In this document: piece after piece, positions 21,571-31,753 of the stretch
Layout of the letters: the number at the start of each line of letters is the position of its first letter
How positions within the stretch are numbered: the stretch's first letter is position 1
Virus record (IMG/VR): IMGVR_UViG_3300012953_000002
Span: 1-56,030 of that record
Reading direction: 5' to 3' (one strand)
Length of the DNA: 56,030 bases
DNA from: a virus
Lineage: Duplodnaviria > Caudoviricetes
Made by a program: the position numbers and the translations under genes
Notes under the pieces: generated by a model
The model's input: only the letters and a program-made list of their open reading frames with translations
What the model was told of the DNA's origin: nothing
The model's database searches: none

Positions 21571-24500
21571 TATTTAGGTCTTTTTATTCTGTATACAAAA
21601 CTTATATCATTAATGTCAAATATTTTAGCTACATTTGTACTTTCAAATTTTAATGCAAATGAATATATATTATTTCCTCCTGTTCCAAATGTAATTTCAC
21701 CTCTTGTATATTCTGTGCTATGAAGCAATGTATTATCTGTTGTTGAGTTTTCTACAGTAGCTAATGTAAATGATCCGCTTTGATTTGCTTGATAATATAC
21801 TTTTATATCAGAGTCTGCTTTATATGTTATATATGCTTTATATATCTTTTTTCTTACATTGGGTTGTTCAAAATCAAAATCTTTAGTTTCTAGTAAAGCT
21901 TTGTTTAAATCACTTTCAGCATCACTTTCCCATCTTAATATTGAACCATTAGTACCTCCAGTTGCATATGCATTAATTGCCGTATCTGAATATGAAGAAA
22001 AAGGTGAGCTTGATTTCATTGTCATTGTAAAATATTTTAAATTATTAGTTCCTGTTACACTTCCATCGGAATCAGTAGCTATTGCACCAAAATTAAAATG
22101 GTCATTTAAATTAATTGTTCCTGAATACGGATCTGTCAAAGTATTGTTTTGTAAAAATTCATGTATATTAGTTATTAATGCATTACTATTATTTAAATTG
22201 GTTTCCCCTGCATCAGAATCATTAGAATAATTTGAACTAGTTGCAGCATTATATAAATTTGCAGGATTAGTCGATGTAATGTAATGTGTTTTCATAGTTC
22301 TTGATTCAAATGAATCGTTTCCAGTACTAATTCCATATTGTATTTCAATAGTGTATTCTGTTCCAGAATTAGATTTGTTTCCTCTATCAGCATATATTTG
22401 CCATACTCCATAAGTATTGTCAGTACCAGCTTGGTTTTGCATAATAGTAAAATTAGTCAAATCTCCAATTGCAATATTACCCTCAGTTCCATCATCACTT
22501 AATGCCCATGGAGTAGACCCATAATCTCCTTTAGATTCAGCATTTAAAGTATAACTAGCTCCAACATATCTAGCCAATGCAGTTACTAAAAAACTATCAT
22601 TACTACTTAAATAACTCATACTATGAATGTAATCAGAATTATTTACTCCTAATGTATTAGATTTTTCAAGAAATAAAGGGATCAATAGATTTGCTGCTTC
22701 TTCATCATCAGATAAATTTAATGACTCATTAAAAGCAGTATTATTAATTTTTGTCCATGTAGAACCTTTGTGAAGCATTAAATATTTATTACCCGTACCT
22801 CCTAAACTATTGTTATGGCTTGAATTATTAATTTTAAATGATAGCACAACTCTAGCTTTATTACCTAATACAAATGCCGTACTATTATTAGCATGGAATG
22901 ATTCACCATCTCCACTTGCATCTTTTACACTTAAATACAATTTATTATTTGAAATAACTCCTTTTGAATATTGAGAACCACCAATAACAGAAGGACTACT
23001 TTTAAAATAAAGACCTGCTGTAGCAATATTTATAACCCAAACATGTTGGTCGTATAAGGAATTTCCCACATCTTTATATCTACTAAATATTAATAACAAA
23101 TTATCCTGAGGTTCATATTCAATATGAGTAAATGGGTTATATATTTTTTGTACCCATTCATCAGTAGGTATCATATTTTTTATAATATTTACAGGAGGAT
23201 TTTCCATATCCATAGCATAAACACCTTGACTATTTACCCAGTAAATAGCATTAGGAGTTGAACATACTGCAGTAGGAGAAGATATTCCTACTCCTCTATG
23301 TGTTGATTCTAAATATTCAATTTCTCCTGAACAATCAATTACAAATAAATCATCATTTTTAAAAACTAATAACTTTTGATTAAATGAAACTAATTTAACA
23401 ATATCCTGACCATCATTATTAGTAATATCTAAGAAACTTGAAGATGGTAATATATCAAATTTATTAACAGGGGATCTTAATATTCTATCAGGAAAAACAT
23501 TTGGAGAATCACTATCATCTAAATTTATTTCTTTATCTTTATAATATGCTACATTTCCAGCATATAATCTTCGATTAACAATAGCGTGTGTTTTATACCA
23601 TGCATGAATGTTATCTGTATGTTTATATCCATTTTTTAAACTATATGTTAATACAGGCACTGTTGGAATACCTTTAATAAACTGATGCCTTACTGTATAT
23701 CCTTCACTACTTGCATACCAATCTTCTGATGTTGACTCTACTTCAATTCCATCATGAGAAAAACTTTTTTTAGTGTTTTCAAAGCTAATTGTAGCTAACC
23801 ACAATGGATCGTCAATAGCTCCTTCATTATTATATGTAAGCCAAACATTAGCTCCTACAATTCTTGGATTCCATTGTCCCCAATTTGAAAAACCTTCATT
23901 CATATCAGAACCTCTAAATTCTGCTACTGATGTAGGATATTGGAAAGTACTAGATAATTCTTTTTGATTACTTGTGTGTGTATCATCTCCTTGATATACT
24001 TTCCAATATAAAAATAAAGCTTTATCGTTTTCTCCACTAATAGTAATTGTATTAGCATTAGCTGAAGTAATTAAAGGACTAATTAATGATTCAGATGGAT
24101 TTTCAATATTATCATATAAAAAAGAAATTCCTAATCCAATCGTTCTATGCTCTTGATCTGTATCAAACTGCCAATCTCCAGATATAGAATTATTTCCAGT
24201 TCCTACTCCAACTGCAAATTGATGTGGAATTTTTGTAGAACTTAAATAACCAACACCTACAGGACTTTCAACTTGAGCATCCCAGTCAGTTAATGTAGCA
24301 GCAGTTGCATGATGTATAATAGAACCTGCTCCATTAAAATTTGTACCTTTATTAACTGAAGTTATATTGGTTGTTGCATTATGATATTCTTCTGGACTTA
24401 AACAATGAGACCTTAATGGATACCATCCTTGAAATATTTTTGAAGTACCAAATCTTGTAGAATTATTTATTGCATATAGTCCTATAGGGCGTACAAATCT

Positions 24501-25325
24501 TCCATAATTATAATTATTTGGAAAATCTAATAATAATCTAAATACGCCACTTTCATAAAATCCATCAAGTACTTTAGTTTGATTAATATTCCCTTGATTT
24601 AAAAGCTCTCTATTATCTTGTTTCCAATCCCATAAATATTTTGTATCAAAATGCCAAGGATCATTACTAAAATGATTGGAATATCCTTCATCTGACCTTC
24701 CGTACCAATGTCTAAAACTACCTATATTATAAAATCCAAACTTACCATATTGAGTGGCTTTAAAAAAATATTTATTATCATCATAATTAGTTGTGCTAAT
24801 AGAGTTTAATATTTCATTTGAATCATATTGAGCGTTTAAAGCATAATAAATTAATCCATTAGTACTCATTCCAGTTGAATCATCTGCTTTAAAGCTTGTA
24901 TTGTTAACAATCTCTGTAACAATTAAATTTTTACCTAAAAACTGACTATCAGTGTTTGTCTTTATTACTGTTAATTTTGCTCCTAAATCTAAAGAATGAT
25001 AGGCAGTTCCTGGCTCTACCGTATAAGTTCCAGTAGTGCCAGAAACACCTGTACATTTAGCTTTTCCAAAAATACGAAATCCAAACTCAGGAAATATACC
25101 ATATAAATTAGGAATTCCTTCTGATATATACTGAGATGAAAAGCTACCAGTATTTTCATTAAGTCCTGGTATAGTATTTAAACACCCTTTAAGCGTTAAT
25201 CTCCCTGCACGATAACTCATTAAGCCGTCTGAATCAACAATTTGCTTTAATTCTATATCACGTTTATCTACTGCCTTGTTTATACCGCCAGAAAAATCTA
25301 CTATATTTAAGACTTGCTTTGCCAC
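21570..25325 (-). CDS. Tail tubular/nozzle (stabilisation-type) protein
   Basis: 1251 aa, GTG start; N-terminal DFSGGIN, propeller-like middle, C-terminal ETKDFDF...RKKIYK typical of podovirus tail hub proteins. Confidence 0.7.
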   Translation of the reverse strand: MAKQVLNIVDFSGGINKAVDKRDIELKQIVDSDGLMSYRAGRLTLKGCLNTIPGLNENTGSFSSQYISEGIPNLYGIFPEFGFRIFGKAKCTGVSGTTGTYTVEPGTAYHSLDLGAKLTVIKTNTDSQFLGKNLIVTEIVNNTSFKADDSTGMSTNGLIYYALNAQYDSNEILNSISTTNYDDNKYFFKATQYGKFGFYNIGSFRHWYGRSDEGYSNHFSNDPWHFDTKYLWDWKQDNRELLNQGNINQTKVLDGFYESGVFRLLLDFPNNYNYGRFVRPIGLYAINNSTRFGTSKIFQGWYPLRSHCLSPEEYHNATTNITSVNKGTNFNGAGSIIHHATAATLTDWDAQVESPVGVGYLSSTKIPHQFAVGVGTGNNSISGDWQFDTDQEHRTIGLGISFLYDNIENPSESLISPLITSANANTITISGENDKALFLYWKVYQGDDTHTSNQKELSSTFQYPTSVAEFRGSDMNEGFSNWGQWNPRIVGANVWLTYNNEGAIDDPLWLATISFENTKKSFSHDGIEVESTSEDWYASSEGYTVRHQFIKGIPTVPVLTYSLKNGYKHTDNIHAWYKTHAIVNRRLYAGNVAYYKDKEINLDDSDSPNVFPDRILRSPVNKFDILPSSSFLDITNNDGQDIVKLVSFNQKLLVFKNDDLFVIDCSGEIEYLESTHRGVGISSPTAVCSTPNAIYWVNSQGVYAMDMENPPVNIIKNMIPTDEWVQKIYNPFTHIEYEPQDNLLLIFSRYKDVGNSLYDQHVWVINIATAGLYFKSSPSVIGGSQYSKGVISNNKLYLSVKDASGDGESFHANNSTAFVLGNKARVVLSFKINNSSHNNSLGGTGNKYLMLHKGSTWTKINNTAFNESLNLSDDEEAANLLIPLFLEKSNTLGVNNSDYIHSMSYLSSNDSFLVTALARYVGASYTLNAESKGDYGSTPWALSDDGTEGNIAIGDLTNFTIMQNQAGTDNTYGVWQIYADRGNKSNSGTEYTIEIQYGISTGNDSFESRTMKTHYITSTNPANLYNAATSSNYSNDSDAGETNLNNSNALITNIHEFLQNNTLTDPYSGTINLNDHFNFGAIATDSDGSVTGTNNLKYFTMTMKSSSPFSSYSDTAINAYATGGTNGSILRWESDAESDLNKALLETKDFDFEQPNVRKKIYKAYITYKADSDIKVYYQANQSGSFTLATVENSTTDNTLLHSTEYTRGEITFGTGGNNIYSFALKFESTNVAKIFDINDISFVYRIKRPK

Positions 25326-25472
25326 CTATTTTTTAATCTTATCTATAATAGGTTTTAATATCATATCAAAAACTACGTCATCTTTTTTAGAAGGACTTAG
25401 TTTTACTGCTTTTTCTAGGACATATAAGCCTAATAAGACCCATTCCCAGTTTGCTGTAATAAATGACATCAT
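25326..25472 (-). CDS. Small membrane protein (holin-like), 48 aa
   Basis: MMSFITANWEWVLLGLYVLEKAVKLSPSKKDD..., AGGAG RBS. Confidence 0.6.
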   Translation of the reverse strand: MMSFITANWEWVLLGLYVLEKAVKLSPSKKDDVVFDMILKPIIDKIKK

Positions 25473-25484
25473 AGTATTTCTCCT

Positions 25485-25700
25485 TTATTTGTTTTTCGTT
25501 TTAGCTATTCTACATCCACAGTTTTTACAACATACATATTCTTGCGGTGGATGCGAATCTTTTTTTAATTCTTTGACTTCGTTTTCTAGTTCTTTAATTC
25601 TATTATGATGATCACGAGCAATCTTTTTATCTGAAATTTTTTCAATTGCTTTAATAGTTTGATTAACTAATAATTTTAATGCTGCTTTCTTTAATAACAT
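25485..25700 (-). CDS. Small coiled-coil protein with CCxxCxC
   Basis: Likely start MLLKK at 25700 (TAATG coupling). Confidence 0.6.
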   Translation of the reverse strand: MLLKKAALKLLVNQTIKAIEKISDKKIARDHHNRIKELENEVKELKKDSHPPQEYVCCKNCGCRIAKTKNK

Positions 25701-25831
25701 TACCAATCCTCTCCTTCAGTGAAATCATCAAGATAAAAATCAAAAAATTTATCACTTAATATATAAAATCCTATACCAAATACTATAGAAAAACCTAACA
25801 GAAAATATAATATACTAAGAGCATGATACAT
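25700..25831 (-). CDS. Small single-TM protein, 43 aa
   Basis: MYHALSILYFLLGFSIVFGIGFYILSDKFF..., coupled on both sides. Confidence 0.55.
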   Translation of the reverse strand: MYHALSILYFLLGFSIVFGIGFYILSDKFFDFYLDDFTEGEDW

Positions 25832-25980
25832 TAGTAACCTATATTCCTTGTTATGTTATAGTTTTTTTTGTTAGATTTTTTACTTTTAACTATTTTCTTA
25901 CCTGTTCTTTTAGCATATTTTTTAGCAGCAGCTTTACCTGCTTTACTATAGCTAAATTTCTTTGTTCCAACTTTAGGCAT
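25831..25980 (-). CDS. Very basic 49-aa peptide
   Basis: MPKVGTKKFSYSKAGKAAAKKYAKRTGKK..., AGGAG RBS. Confidence 0.65.
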   Translation of the reverse strand: MPKVGTKKFSYSKAGKAAAKKYAKRTGKKIVKSKKSNKKNYNITRNIGY

Positions 25981-26000
25981 AATATCTCCTTTATTTTATT

Positions 26001-26459
26001 TTATACGCTTGCTACAAATATTTCTAAATTACATGAACCAGTGTCAGCTTGAGCATATATATTTGTTAAATCAGCTATTTGCCCAGAACTTGCAGTTCCT
26101 GCTGAATTAGCATCAAATGTATCAACTACTCCACCAGCTGTATCAGCATTGTAAATAAATGATTGTCCTTTATCAAGCTTTACTGCAAACTCATCATTGC
26201 TTTCGTTTTTAAAAAACAATACTACATGGTTAGTTCCATCAAGATTAGAAATCCTGATATATCTAATATCAGCCTCAATAAAACTACCTCTATCTGTACC
26301 TGAACCTACTGCAGCAAATAATTCGTTTCTATCAGTAGTACAAGCTACAATATGCTTAAATGATTCATTAATACCAGTAATTGTAAATGTATTAGTTCCG
26401 CCTTGAGCTGTTCCATTTAATGTTAATGTTTCAGTTATTTGCGATGTTAATGTTGCCAT
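26001..26459 (-). CDS. Putative virion structural protein
   Basis: 152 aa, beta-rich, RBS. Confidence 0.55.
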   Translation of the reverse strand: MATLTSQITETLTLNGTAQGGTNTFTITGINESFKHIVACTTDRNELFAAVGSGTDRGSFIEADIRYIRISNLDGTNHVVLFFKNESNDEFAVKLDKGQSFIYNADTAGGVVDTFDANSAGTASSGQIADLTNIYAQADTGSCNLEIFVASV

Positions 26460-26638
26460 TATTTTACTCCTTTTATTTTAGTATATATCGTCATTATTCC
26501 TATGCTTATTCCTATAGTAAGTGATATAAAACTTAATATAGGGTTTAAAACTCCCAACCAATGTATTACACCTGAACCTAAACTACTAGTTATTCCTAGT
26601 TCAGGGTAATTACTTAAAATTTTTAATGTATCCTGCAT
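26459..26638 (-). CDS. Small membrane protein (holin candidate), 59 aa
   Basis: MQDTLKILSNYPELG...ILSFISLTIGISIGIMTIYTKIKGVK; hydrophobic with basic tail. Confidence 0.55.
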   Translation of the reverse strand: MQDTLKILSNYPELGITSSLGSGVIHWLGVLNPILSFISLTIGISIGIMTIYTKIKGVK

Positions 26639-26998
26639 TTAATCCTCACAGTCATCCCATTTTTTTAAATCTAGCATTGGTAAAGGCTTTTCTATTAAAT
26701 GGTCTTTTAGTTTATCATTTTGTATAGCGACTTTATTTCCACCTTTAACTATTGCTTTACCATTAGCACATCCGACTTCGTATACAAAAAGTATTGTTTT
26801 CCATAATCCCACTCGAACAACTCGAGCAGGTCTTCCATCAAAGATAATTACATCATCTGTATTTAAATCATCTCCAGCAAAAACCTTAATGGCTTCAATT
26901 AGAGATTCAATTGTATTACGTCCTATTAAGAACAAGAATGCTACTGCAGCCATCCAGCCATATTCGCCTATTAAATTTTCTATTGTTTCTTGTTCCAT
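26639..26998 (-). CDS. Membrane protein, TM plus small beta domain
   Basis: 119 aa, N-terminal TM, DDVIIFDGRPARVVRVG resembles an MscS-type beta domain. Confidence 0.45.
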   Translation of the reverse strand: MEQETIENLIGEYGWMAAVAFLFLIGRNTIESLIEAIKVFAGDDLNTDDVIIFDGRPARVVRVGLWKTILFVYEVGCANGKAIVKGGNKVAIQNDKLKDHLIEKPLPMLDLKKWDDCED

Positions 26999-27011
26999 TA
27001 TTCTCCATAAA

Positions 27012-27782
27012 TTATCCCTTTATAAGTTGTCCCCATAAAGTTGTCTTTCCGTTAATAATTTCTACTACTTCAACATTAAAATTACCATTTGTAAAAAAAT
27101 TAACTATAGCAAATCCGTGATTCCAGTTAGTTAAACTGCCTCTTAACCAATCTTCATCTGCTTCTATATCTTTTAAGCAACCTAAACTCCAGGCACTTAT
27201 TGTACCGCCTCTATGAGTTTTAGTATGTCTTTGTAAATCATGAGTATGTCCATACATAATACTTTCACCATATACATCTAAATGTTTAAAAGAATGATAT
27301 TTAGAAGTAAATTTTCCATGAGTAAAATTAAGTTTTCCTATTTTTAAACCTTGCTGTCTATTATAGGGATGATACTCGTAACCTCTTTCTTCTAATTTTA
27401 AAGCATTATAAGTCATATATTGATCTAAGTAAGGATACCTTGTAACAAATTTATCTAACCATACCTCATGATTACCTTGAACAAAATGCCTTTCTTGACA
27501 ATTGACCTTATCTAATACTTTGTCAATTTGATTCATACCTTTATTAACAGCTTTTACATCTTTATCTAGCAATGGTATTAAATCTTCCATTGGTTTAGCA
27601 GATCGTCCTTTCCAGTAATGAGTACTAAAGTATTCCCATTCACCAGTATCCCCTAAATCTATATATGCATTAGGCTTTACAATTTCAATTGCCTGACATA
27701 CTACATTAATGGCTTTTTGGTCATGCAATGGAAAATGCTTATCTGGCGTTACTATTGCTGTTTTTACAATTTTATTCATCAT
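27012..27782 (-). CDS. Calcineurin-like metallophosphoesterase
   Basis: PDKH, DLGD, GNHE, THG and GHTH motifs. Confidence 0.9.
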   Translation of the reverse strand: MMNKIVKTAIVTPDKHFPLHDQKAINVVCQAIEIVKPNAYIDLGDTGEWEYFSTHYWKGRSAKPMEDLIPLLDKDVKAVNKGMNQIDKVLDKVNCQERHFVQGNHEVWLDKFVTRYPYLDQYMTYNALKLEERGYEYHPYNRQQGLKIGKLNFTHGKFTSKYHSFKHLDVYGESIMYGHTHDLQRHTKTHRGGTISAWSLGCLKDIEADEDWLRGSLTNWNHGFAIVNFFTNGNFNVEVVEIINGKTTLWGQLIKG

Positions 27783-28218
27783 TAGCCTCCATAAAATGTT
27801 TTATAGTTCCTTTTCCAAGGTGAGTATTATATACTCTTTTCCAACATTCAGCTTGAGCTTTTAAATCATTAGCTTTTGGTAGTGGATATTTGTCTCTTCT
27901 ATATTTTAAGCGACAAAATGCTGCTTGTAAGGCTAAATTACCCATTACCCTTACTTCCATATCCCTTTTATCAAAACCTAACGATTTGAGGCGTTTTTCA
28001 AGCTTAGGACGATATTTCACGTAATTATCTATTATGTCAATAAGCGTTGCAGGTTCTACTTGCCAGAACCCAATTGCTGGACCACCTCCCATTTGTTTTA
28101 AATGCCTATATCCTGTTTCGGCATTCCCTGTTTTGTAGACCAAGTCTACTGCATCTTCTGAATAGAGATCCATTTCTTTTAGACTCCATTCAATAATTTC
28201 CCTAATCTGTTTTTTCAT
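27772..28218 (-). CDS. Lysozyme-fold endolysin/transglycosylase
   Basis: AETG (catalytic Glu), GPAIGFWQVEP, WKRVYNT; next to membrane proteins. Confidence 0.7.
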   Translation of the reverse strand: MKKQIREIIEWSLKEMDLYSEDAVDLVYKTGNAETGYRHLKQMGGGPAIGFWQVEPATLIDIIDNYVKYRPKLEKRLKSLGFDKRDMEVRVMGNLALQAAFCRLKYRRDKYPLPKANDLKAQAECWKRVYNTHLGKGTIKHFMEANDE

Positions 28219-28366
28219 TGTCTTCTCTTTTTATTTCCTCAAGAACTTCTATTGCTCCTTGAATCTTATCAAATAGACGACTCAATTCCTTTTGTTGATT
28301 TTTCAATCCTTCTATCCTAGAATCTATTGTAACTTTTTTTTGAGCTTCCTTTTCTGTTTTTTTCAT
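28202..28366 (-). CDS. Small coiled-coil protein, 54 aa
   Basis: MKKTEKEAQKKVTIDSRIEGLKNQQKELSRLFDKIQGAIEVLEE..., GGGAG RBS. Confidence 0.6.
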   Translation of the reverse strand: MKKTEKEAQKKVTIDSRIEGLKNQQKELSRLFDKIQGAIEVLEEIKREDNEKTD

Positions 28367-28381
28367 TACTACTCCCTTTAT

Positions 28382-28603
28382 TTAAATTAAACTATCTCTA
28401 CCTAACCAAAAATTTAAATCTTTTTCTATCTCAGAATGAAATTCATTCACATTTAACTTGTCATAACTGTTTAATGCATCAGGTATTTCTGAATTTTCAT
28501 AAAACATTATAACTGATTTACTTTTATCAATGCTTTCAAAGACTCTTTTAGAACCTTCTGTCATTTCACTTGTAATGTCTGATGTGTTTATTATTATATA
28601 CAT
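28382..28603 (-). CDS. Hypothetical protein
   Basis: 73 aa, coupled start. Confidence 0.55.
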   Translation of the reverse strand: MYIIINTSDITSEMTEGSKRVFESIDKSKSVIMFYENSEIPDALNSYDKLNVNEFHSEIEKDLNFWLGRDSLI

Positions 28604-29607
28604 TATCTAGTTCCTACAGCTTGTTTATTAGCAGGGTCAAGAAAACTAATTATTGCAGCTGGACCACTACATGTTAAGGGTTTATCTCCTTCAGAACCAG
28701 TATCGTTAATTCTTCCTGTTCCATCTGCTATATATCCTTTTGGAGCTCTAGTATTATCATCACTATCAACTCTTTTTACACTAGTAAAATCCCATTGATG
28801 ATGAGGTTGAGTACAGCTAATATTTGCAAATTTAACATTACTACTTCCAAAAAACCTTGACCTATCTCTAAAACAATCAACACCCATAACAGCATTTACT
28901 CCAGACTCACTATATGATGAAGGAGCACCATATCCACATAATCTGTAAAGTTCATTGTTTGTAATTTTTTGTTTCCAAAACATTATTTTATTTACTTTTA
29001 AACCTTTACTTACATAATCTAAATCCCACATAGAATTTACACCATCGCATATTCTTATTTCAGAACCACTAACACTTATATCTCCAGTATTATCAACATC
29101 AATATCTGTAGTTTTTCTTAAAACTGACCTACTACTAAAATAAAAGTCTTGATATTCATCGCCTGCGTCTGTAGTATCTCCAAAAGTTTGAGCTACTGCA
29201 AAAGTACTTGAAGATGAACCTACCCATGTATCATTAACATTATGATTAGCCCAAAGATTTGCTTGTGAACCACCTAGATTTACATTTTGATTATTTGTGG
29301 TTGCACCACTGCCATCATATTTACGCATAACAATACTATCTGTACCTGCGTACCATGTAAATTCAGCACCCATTCCAACATTAGTAGTTCCAATAGAAAG
29401 CGCAGCAGGAAAATGTGTATTGCTTAAAGTTTGATACCTTCCACCTGTATCTTCAAGAAAAATTAAAAAAGTATAGCCTGTAAGATTATCAAAATCAGTA
29501 TCTCCAGTTCCTATAGTTCTTAAAAACCTAGTATCCTGAGCCATATTATAACCACAAACTTTGTTAGGTTCTTGACTTGTTTTGATCCTATTACCTAAGC
29601 CTAACAT
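28603..29607 (-). CDS. Virion/tail protein, possible lectin-like beta-sandwich
   Basis: 334 aa, MLGLGN N-terminus, IMFWKQKITNNEL resembles LamG-type C-termini. Confidence 0.5.
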   Translation of the reverse strand: MLGLGNRIKTSQEPNKVCGYNMAQDTRFLRTIGTGDTDFDNLTGYTFLIFLEDTGGRYQTLSNTHFPAALSIGTTNVGMGAEFTWYAGTDSIVMRKYDGSGATTNNQNVNLGGSQANLWANHNVNDTWVGSSSSTFAVAQTFGDTTDAGDEYQDFYFSSRSVLRKTTDIDVDNTGDISVSGSEIRICDGVNSMWDLDYVSKGLKVNKIMFWKQKITNNELYRLCGYGAPSSYSESGVNAVMGVDCFRDRSRFFGSSNVKFANISCTQPHHQWDFTSVKRVDSDDNTRAPKGYIADGTGRINDTGSEGDKPLTCSGPAAIISFLDPANKQAVGTR

Positions 29608-29963
29608 TATTTACCCAGGTAAAGAACTACAATACCACTATCATCATTAACTTCTACGGTTGTCCATCTACCATATAATACTGTACCTGCTGGAAATATT
29701 GTTGATGTTCCTATTTTATCACCAGTTTCACCAGGGTTATGTGAATTGTCATTACCTGCTCCTGTTCCAATACCTGTATGTGGATCTTCTGCTAATAATT
29801 GAGCAAAACTTGTATCTTGTATTACTTGAACAGCTATTACAACTAATCCATTTGCTATGGATTCAAATGCAGTCCCTGAATCTAAATATGCAGAAGGGCA
29901 TTGACCCATCTGTATATTTTGAGCTTCTTGAACTGTGAAGTTATGTATTTTATATCCTGCCAT
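29607..29963 (-). CDS. Putative virion structural protein
   Basis: 118 aa, FPAGTVLYGRWT, AGGAGG RBS. Confidence 0.55.
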   Translation of the reverse strand: MAGYKIHNFTVQEAQNIQMGQCPSAYLDSGTAFESIANGLVVIAVQVIQDTSFAQLLAEDPHTGIGTGAGNDNSHNPGETGDKIGTSTIFPAGTVLYGRWTTVEVNDDSGIVVLYLGK

Positions 29964-29975
29964 GTTTACCTCCTA

Positions 29976-30003
29976 CCCTAAGCACTGGCTGTGCGTGAAT
30001 GGG
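29976..30003 (-). promoter_or_regulatory. Leader RNA motif, copy B (CCC-AUUCAC-GCAC-AGCCA-GUGC-UUA-GGG)
   Basis: Abuts the SD of 29963; covaries with copy A. Confidence 0.6.
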
Positions 30004-30017
30004 CTTGTTTATTATTG

Positions 30018-30668
30018 TTATTTTATTGCATTAGAACTTGTAGCTATAACTCTAAATCCTGCAATTTTTGCATTATTATGTCTTTCTACTTGTTCTAAAA
30101 ACAAAGTTTCAAAATATTCTCTTTTTTCTAAATCACCTAAATCCTCAAAAAATTTAGATTTTATATAATAAATTAATGCTTTTTGTAAATATGTTGGTAA
30201 ATCTATTTCAAATGATTCATCTTGCAACACAGATACATCTATTGACATTGTACCAGCATTAGTTACATCTGGGCCATTATATTTAGTTTCTAATATATAA
30301 TAATCAGAATGTAATGTTTTTACTTTATGTAAACCGTTAAAATTGTCTAATCCTTCTATAACAATATGAGTTATAGATGCAGAAGTAGATAAACTACCTC
30401 CTGTTACTTTTAACAAACCTGTTCCTTCTTCCTCATATCCAGTAATAGCTTGAGTATCACTTGCATCATTAATTCTATAGTCAGGAACATAACTATATTG
30501 CAACTCAAGACCATCAGTTACACTTTCTAATGGAGATTTCCATAATATTTTATCTGCATCTGGTCCATAATTTCTGGAATTAACATCATTATCAAATGAA
30601 ATATCTTTTTGAACAATAGCAATTTTATTGCCTTCTATATAATATCCGTATTCTTTAACTTCTGCCAT
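30018..30668 (-). CDS. Head-tail adaptor-like protein
   Basis: 216 aa, IDLPTYLQKALIYYI adaptor-type C-terminus. Confidence 0.55.
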   Translation of the reverse strand: MAEVKEYGYYIEGNKIAIVQKDISFDNDVNSRNYGPDADKILWKSPLESVTDGLELQYSYVPDYRINDASDTQAITGYEEEGTGLLKVTGGSLSTSASITHIVIEGLDNFNGLHKVKTLHSDYYILETKYNGPDVTNAGTMSIDVSVLQDESFEIDLPTYLQKALIYYIKSKFFEDLGDLEKREYFETLFLEQVERHNNAKIAGFRVIATSSNAIK

Positions 30669-30670
30669 AA

Positions 30671-30952
30671 TTATACTCCGTCCGCATCTTTAACTAAAGG
30701 TTTATGTATTAATCTAGAAATAGATCTGTATTCATCTTTAGAATTTAAATGATTTTTTACTCTTACATCTTTTATTTGAATAACATGATTAGGTATATCA
30801 TATAATCTTTGATCTTTAGCTAAACTTATTTTTGAAGTTGTAATATGTGTTTCAGACCTTACATTAATCTCTTCTAATGCATCTTTTATATATGCAACAG
30901 CTCGACCTGTTTCTGTTAATCCAACTCTTTCCATAATTTGCTTAATAGTCAT
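30671..30952 (-). CDS. Head-tail connector-like protein
   Basis: 93 aa, YIKDALEEI and YDIP segments. Confidence 0.5.
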   Translation of the reverse strand: MTIKQIMERVGLTETGRAVAYIKDALEEINVRSETHITTSKISLAKDQRLYDIPNHVIQIKDVRVKNHLNSKDEYRSISRLIHKPLVKDADGV

Positions 30953-31629
30953 TATTGTCTTTCACTTTCTGCTTGACGTGGTCGTCTTTCTTGTTGAGGT
31001 GTTTTTACTAATAATCCTTCATTATATTGTTTTCCTAAAGATGCTATATTTAACCCTAAAGATTGAGCTAATTCACTATCTTCTTCAGTTATAGTATATT
31101 CTGCCATTTTTGATTCTAAAGATTTCATTGAGGCATAAATAACAACTAAATATTCAAATTCATCTGGAAAATTAATAATAGTCGATTCTAAATATGTTGT
31201 AGAGGGATAAGTAACTTGAGTTACAATTAAATCATTATTACCAGAAGCAGAAGCTGGAACAGAAAATATTTTACCATCTAATATGTAATAACCTGGATTG
31301 TATGCAGATCTATATTTAATACTATTAACATCTGTAGCTTCATATCTATCTTGAGATGAAATTAATGTACATGGTCGTAATATAGAAGTACTATCATGTT
31401 CTCTTACTATAGCAATTGATTTACCTGTAATAACAATACCATTATTTTCTGCATCATGAGTTGTTGCTGTAAATTTTGCAGTTTCTGCAGGAGATATTTC
31501 AATTAATTTATTGATAACATCTTTTATTCCATCTTTTAGAAATTGACTAGCTTCATCTTGCGTAGGAGTAGTTCCTGTACTTGATATAGTCAATCCTGTT
31601 AAACTTTCTATTTGTTCCTCAAACGTCAT
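30952..31629 (-). CDS. Head-tail adaptor protein
   Basis: 225 aa, FPDEFEYLVVIYA; follows the capsid genes. Confidence 0.55.
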   Translation of the reverse strand: MTFEEQIESLTGLTISSTGTTPTQDEASQFLKDGIKDVINKLIEISPAETAKFTATTHDAENNGIVITGKSIAIVREHDSTSILRPCTLISSQDRYEATDVNSIKYRSAYNPGYYILDGKIFSVPASASGNNDLIVTQVTYPSTTYLESTIINFPDEFEYLVVIYASMKSLESKMAEYTITEEDSELAQSLGLNIASLGKQYNEGLLVKTPQQERRPRQAESERQ

Positions 31630-31642
31630 TTATTTCCTTCCT

Positions 31643-31671
31643 CTCTAAGGGTATGACTACCCGTGAATGAG
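31643..31671 (-). promoter_or_regulatory. Leader RNA motif, copy A (CUC-AUUCAC-GGGU-AGUCAU-ACCC-UUA-GAG)
   Basis: Abuts the SD of 31629; covaries with copy B. Confidence 0.6.
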
Positions 31672-31690
31672 ATCGTTATTGTTAAATTCA

Positions 31691-31736
31691 GGAACTGCGA
31701 CTACAGGGAGGGGAAGCTCTCCGCAGTCACAGCCCC
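31691..31736 (-). terminator. Long hairpin after the capsid operon (terminator/stabiliser)
   Basis: 16-bp stem GGGGCUGUGACUGCGG/CUGUAGUCGCAGUUCC with G-U pairs on the minus strand; no clear U-tract. Confidence 0.55.
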
Positions 31737-31753
31737 CAAATGTTTACTAGCTA

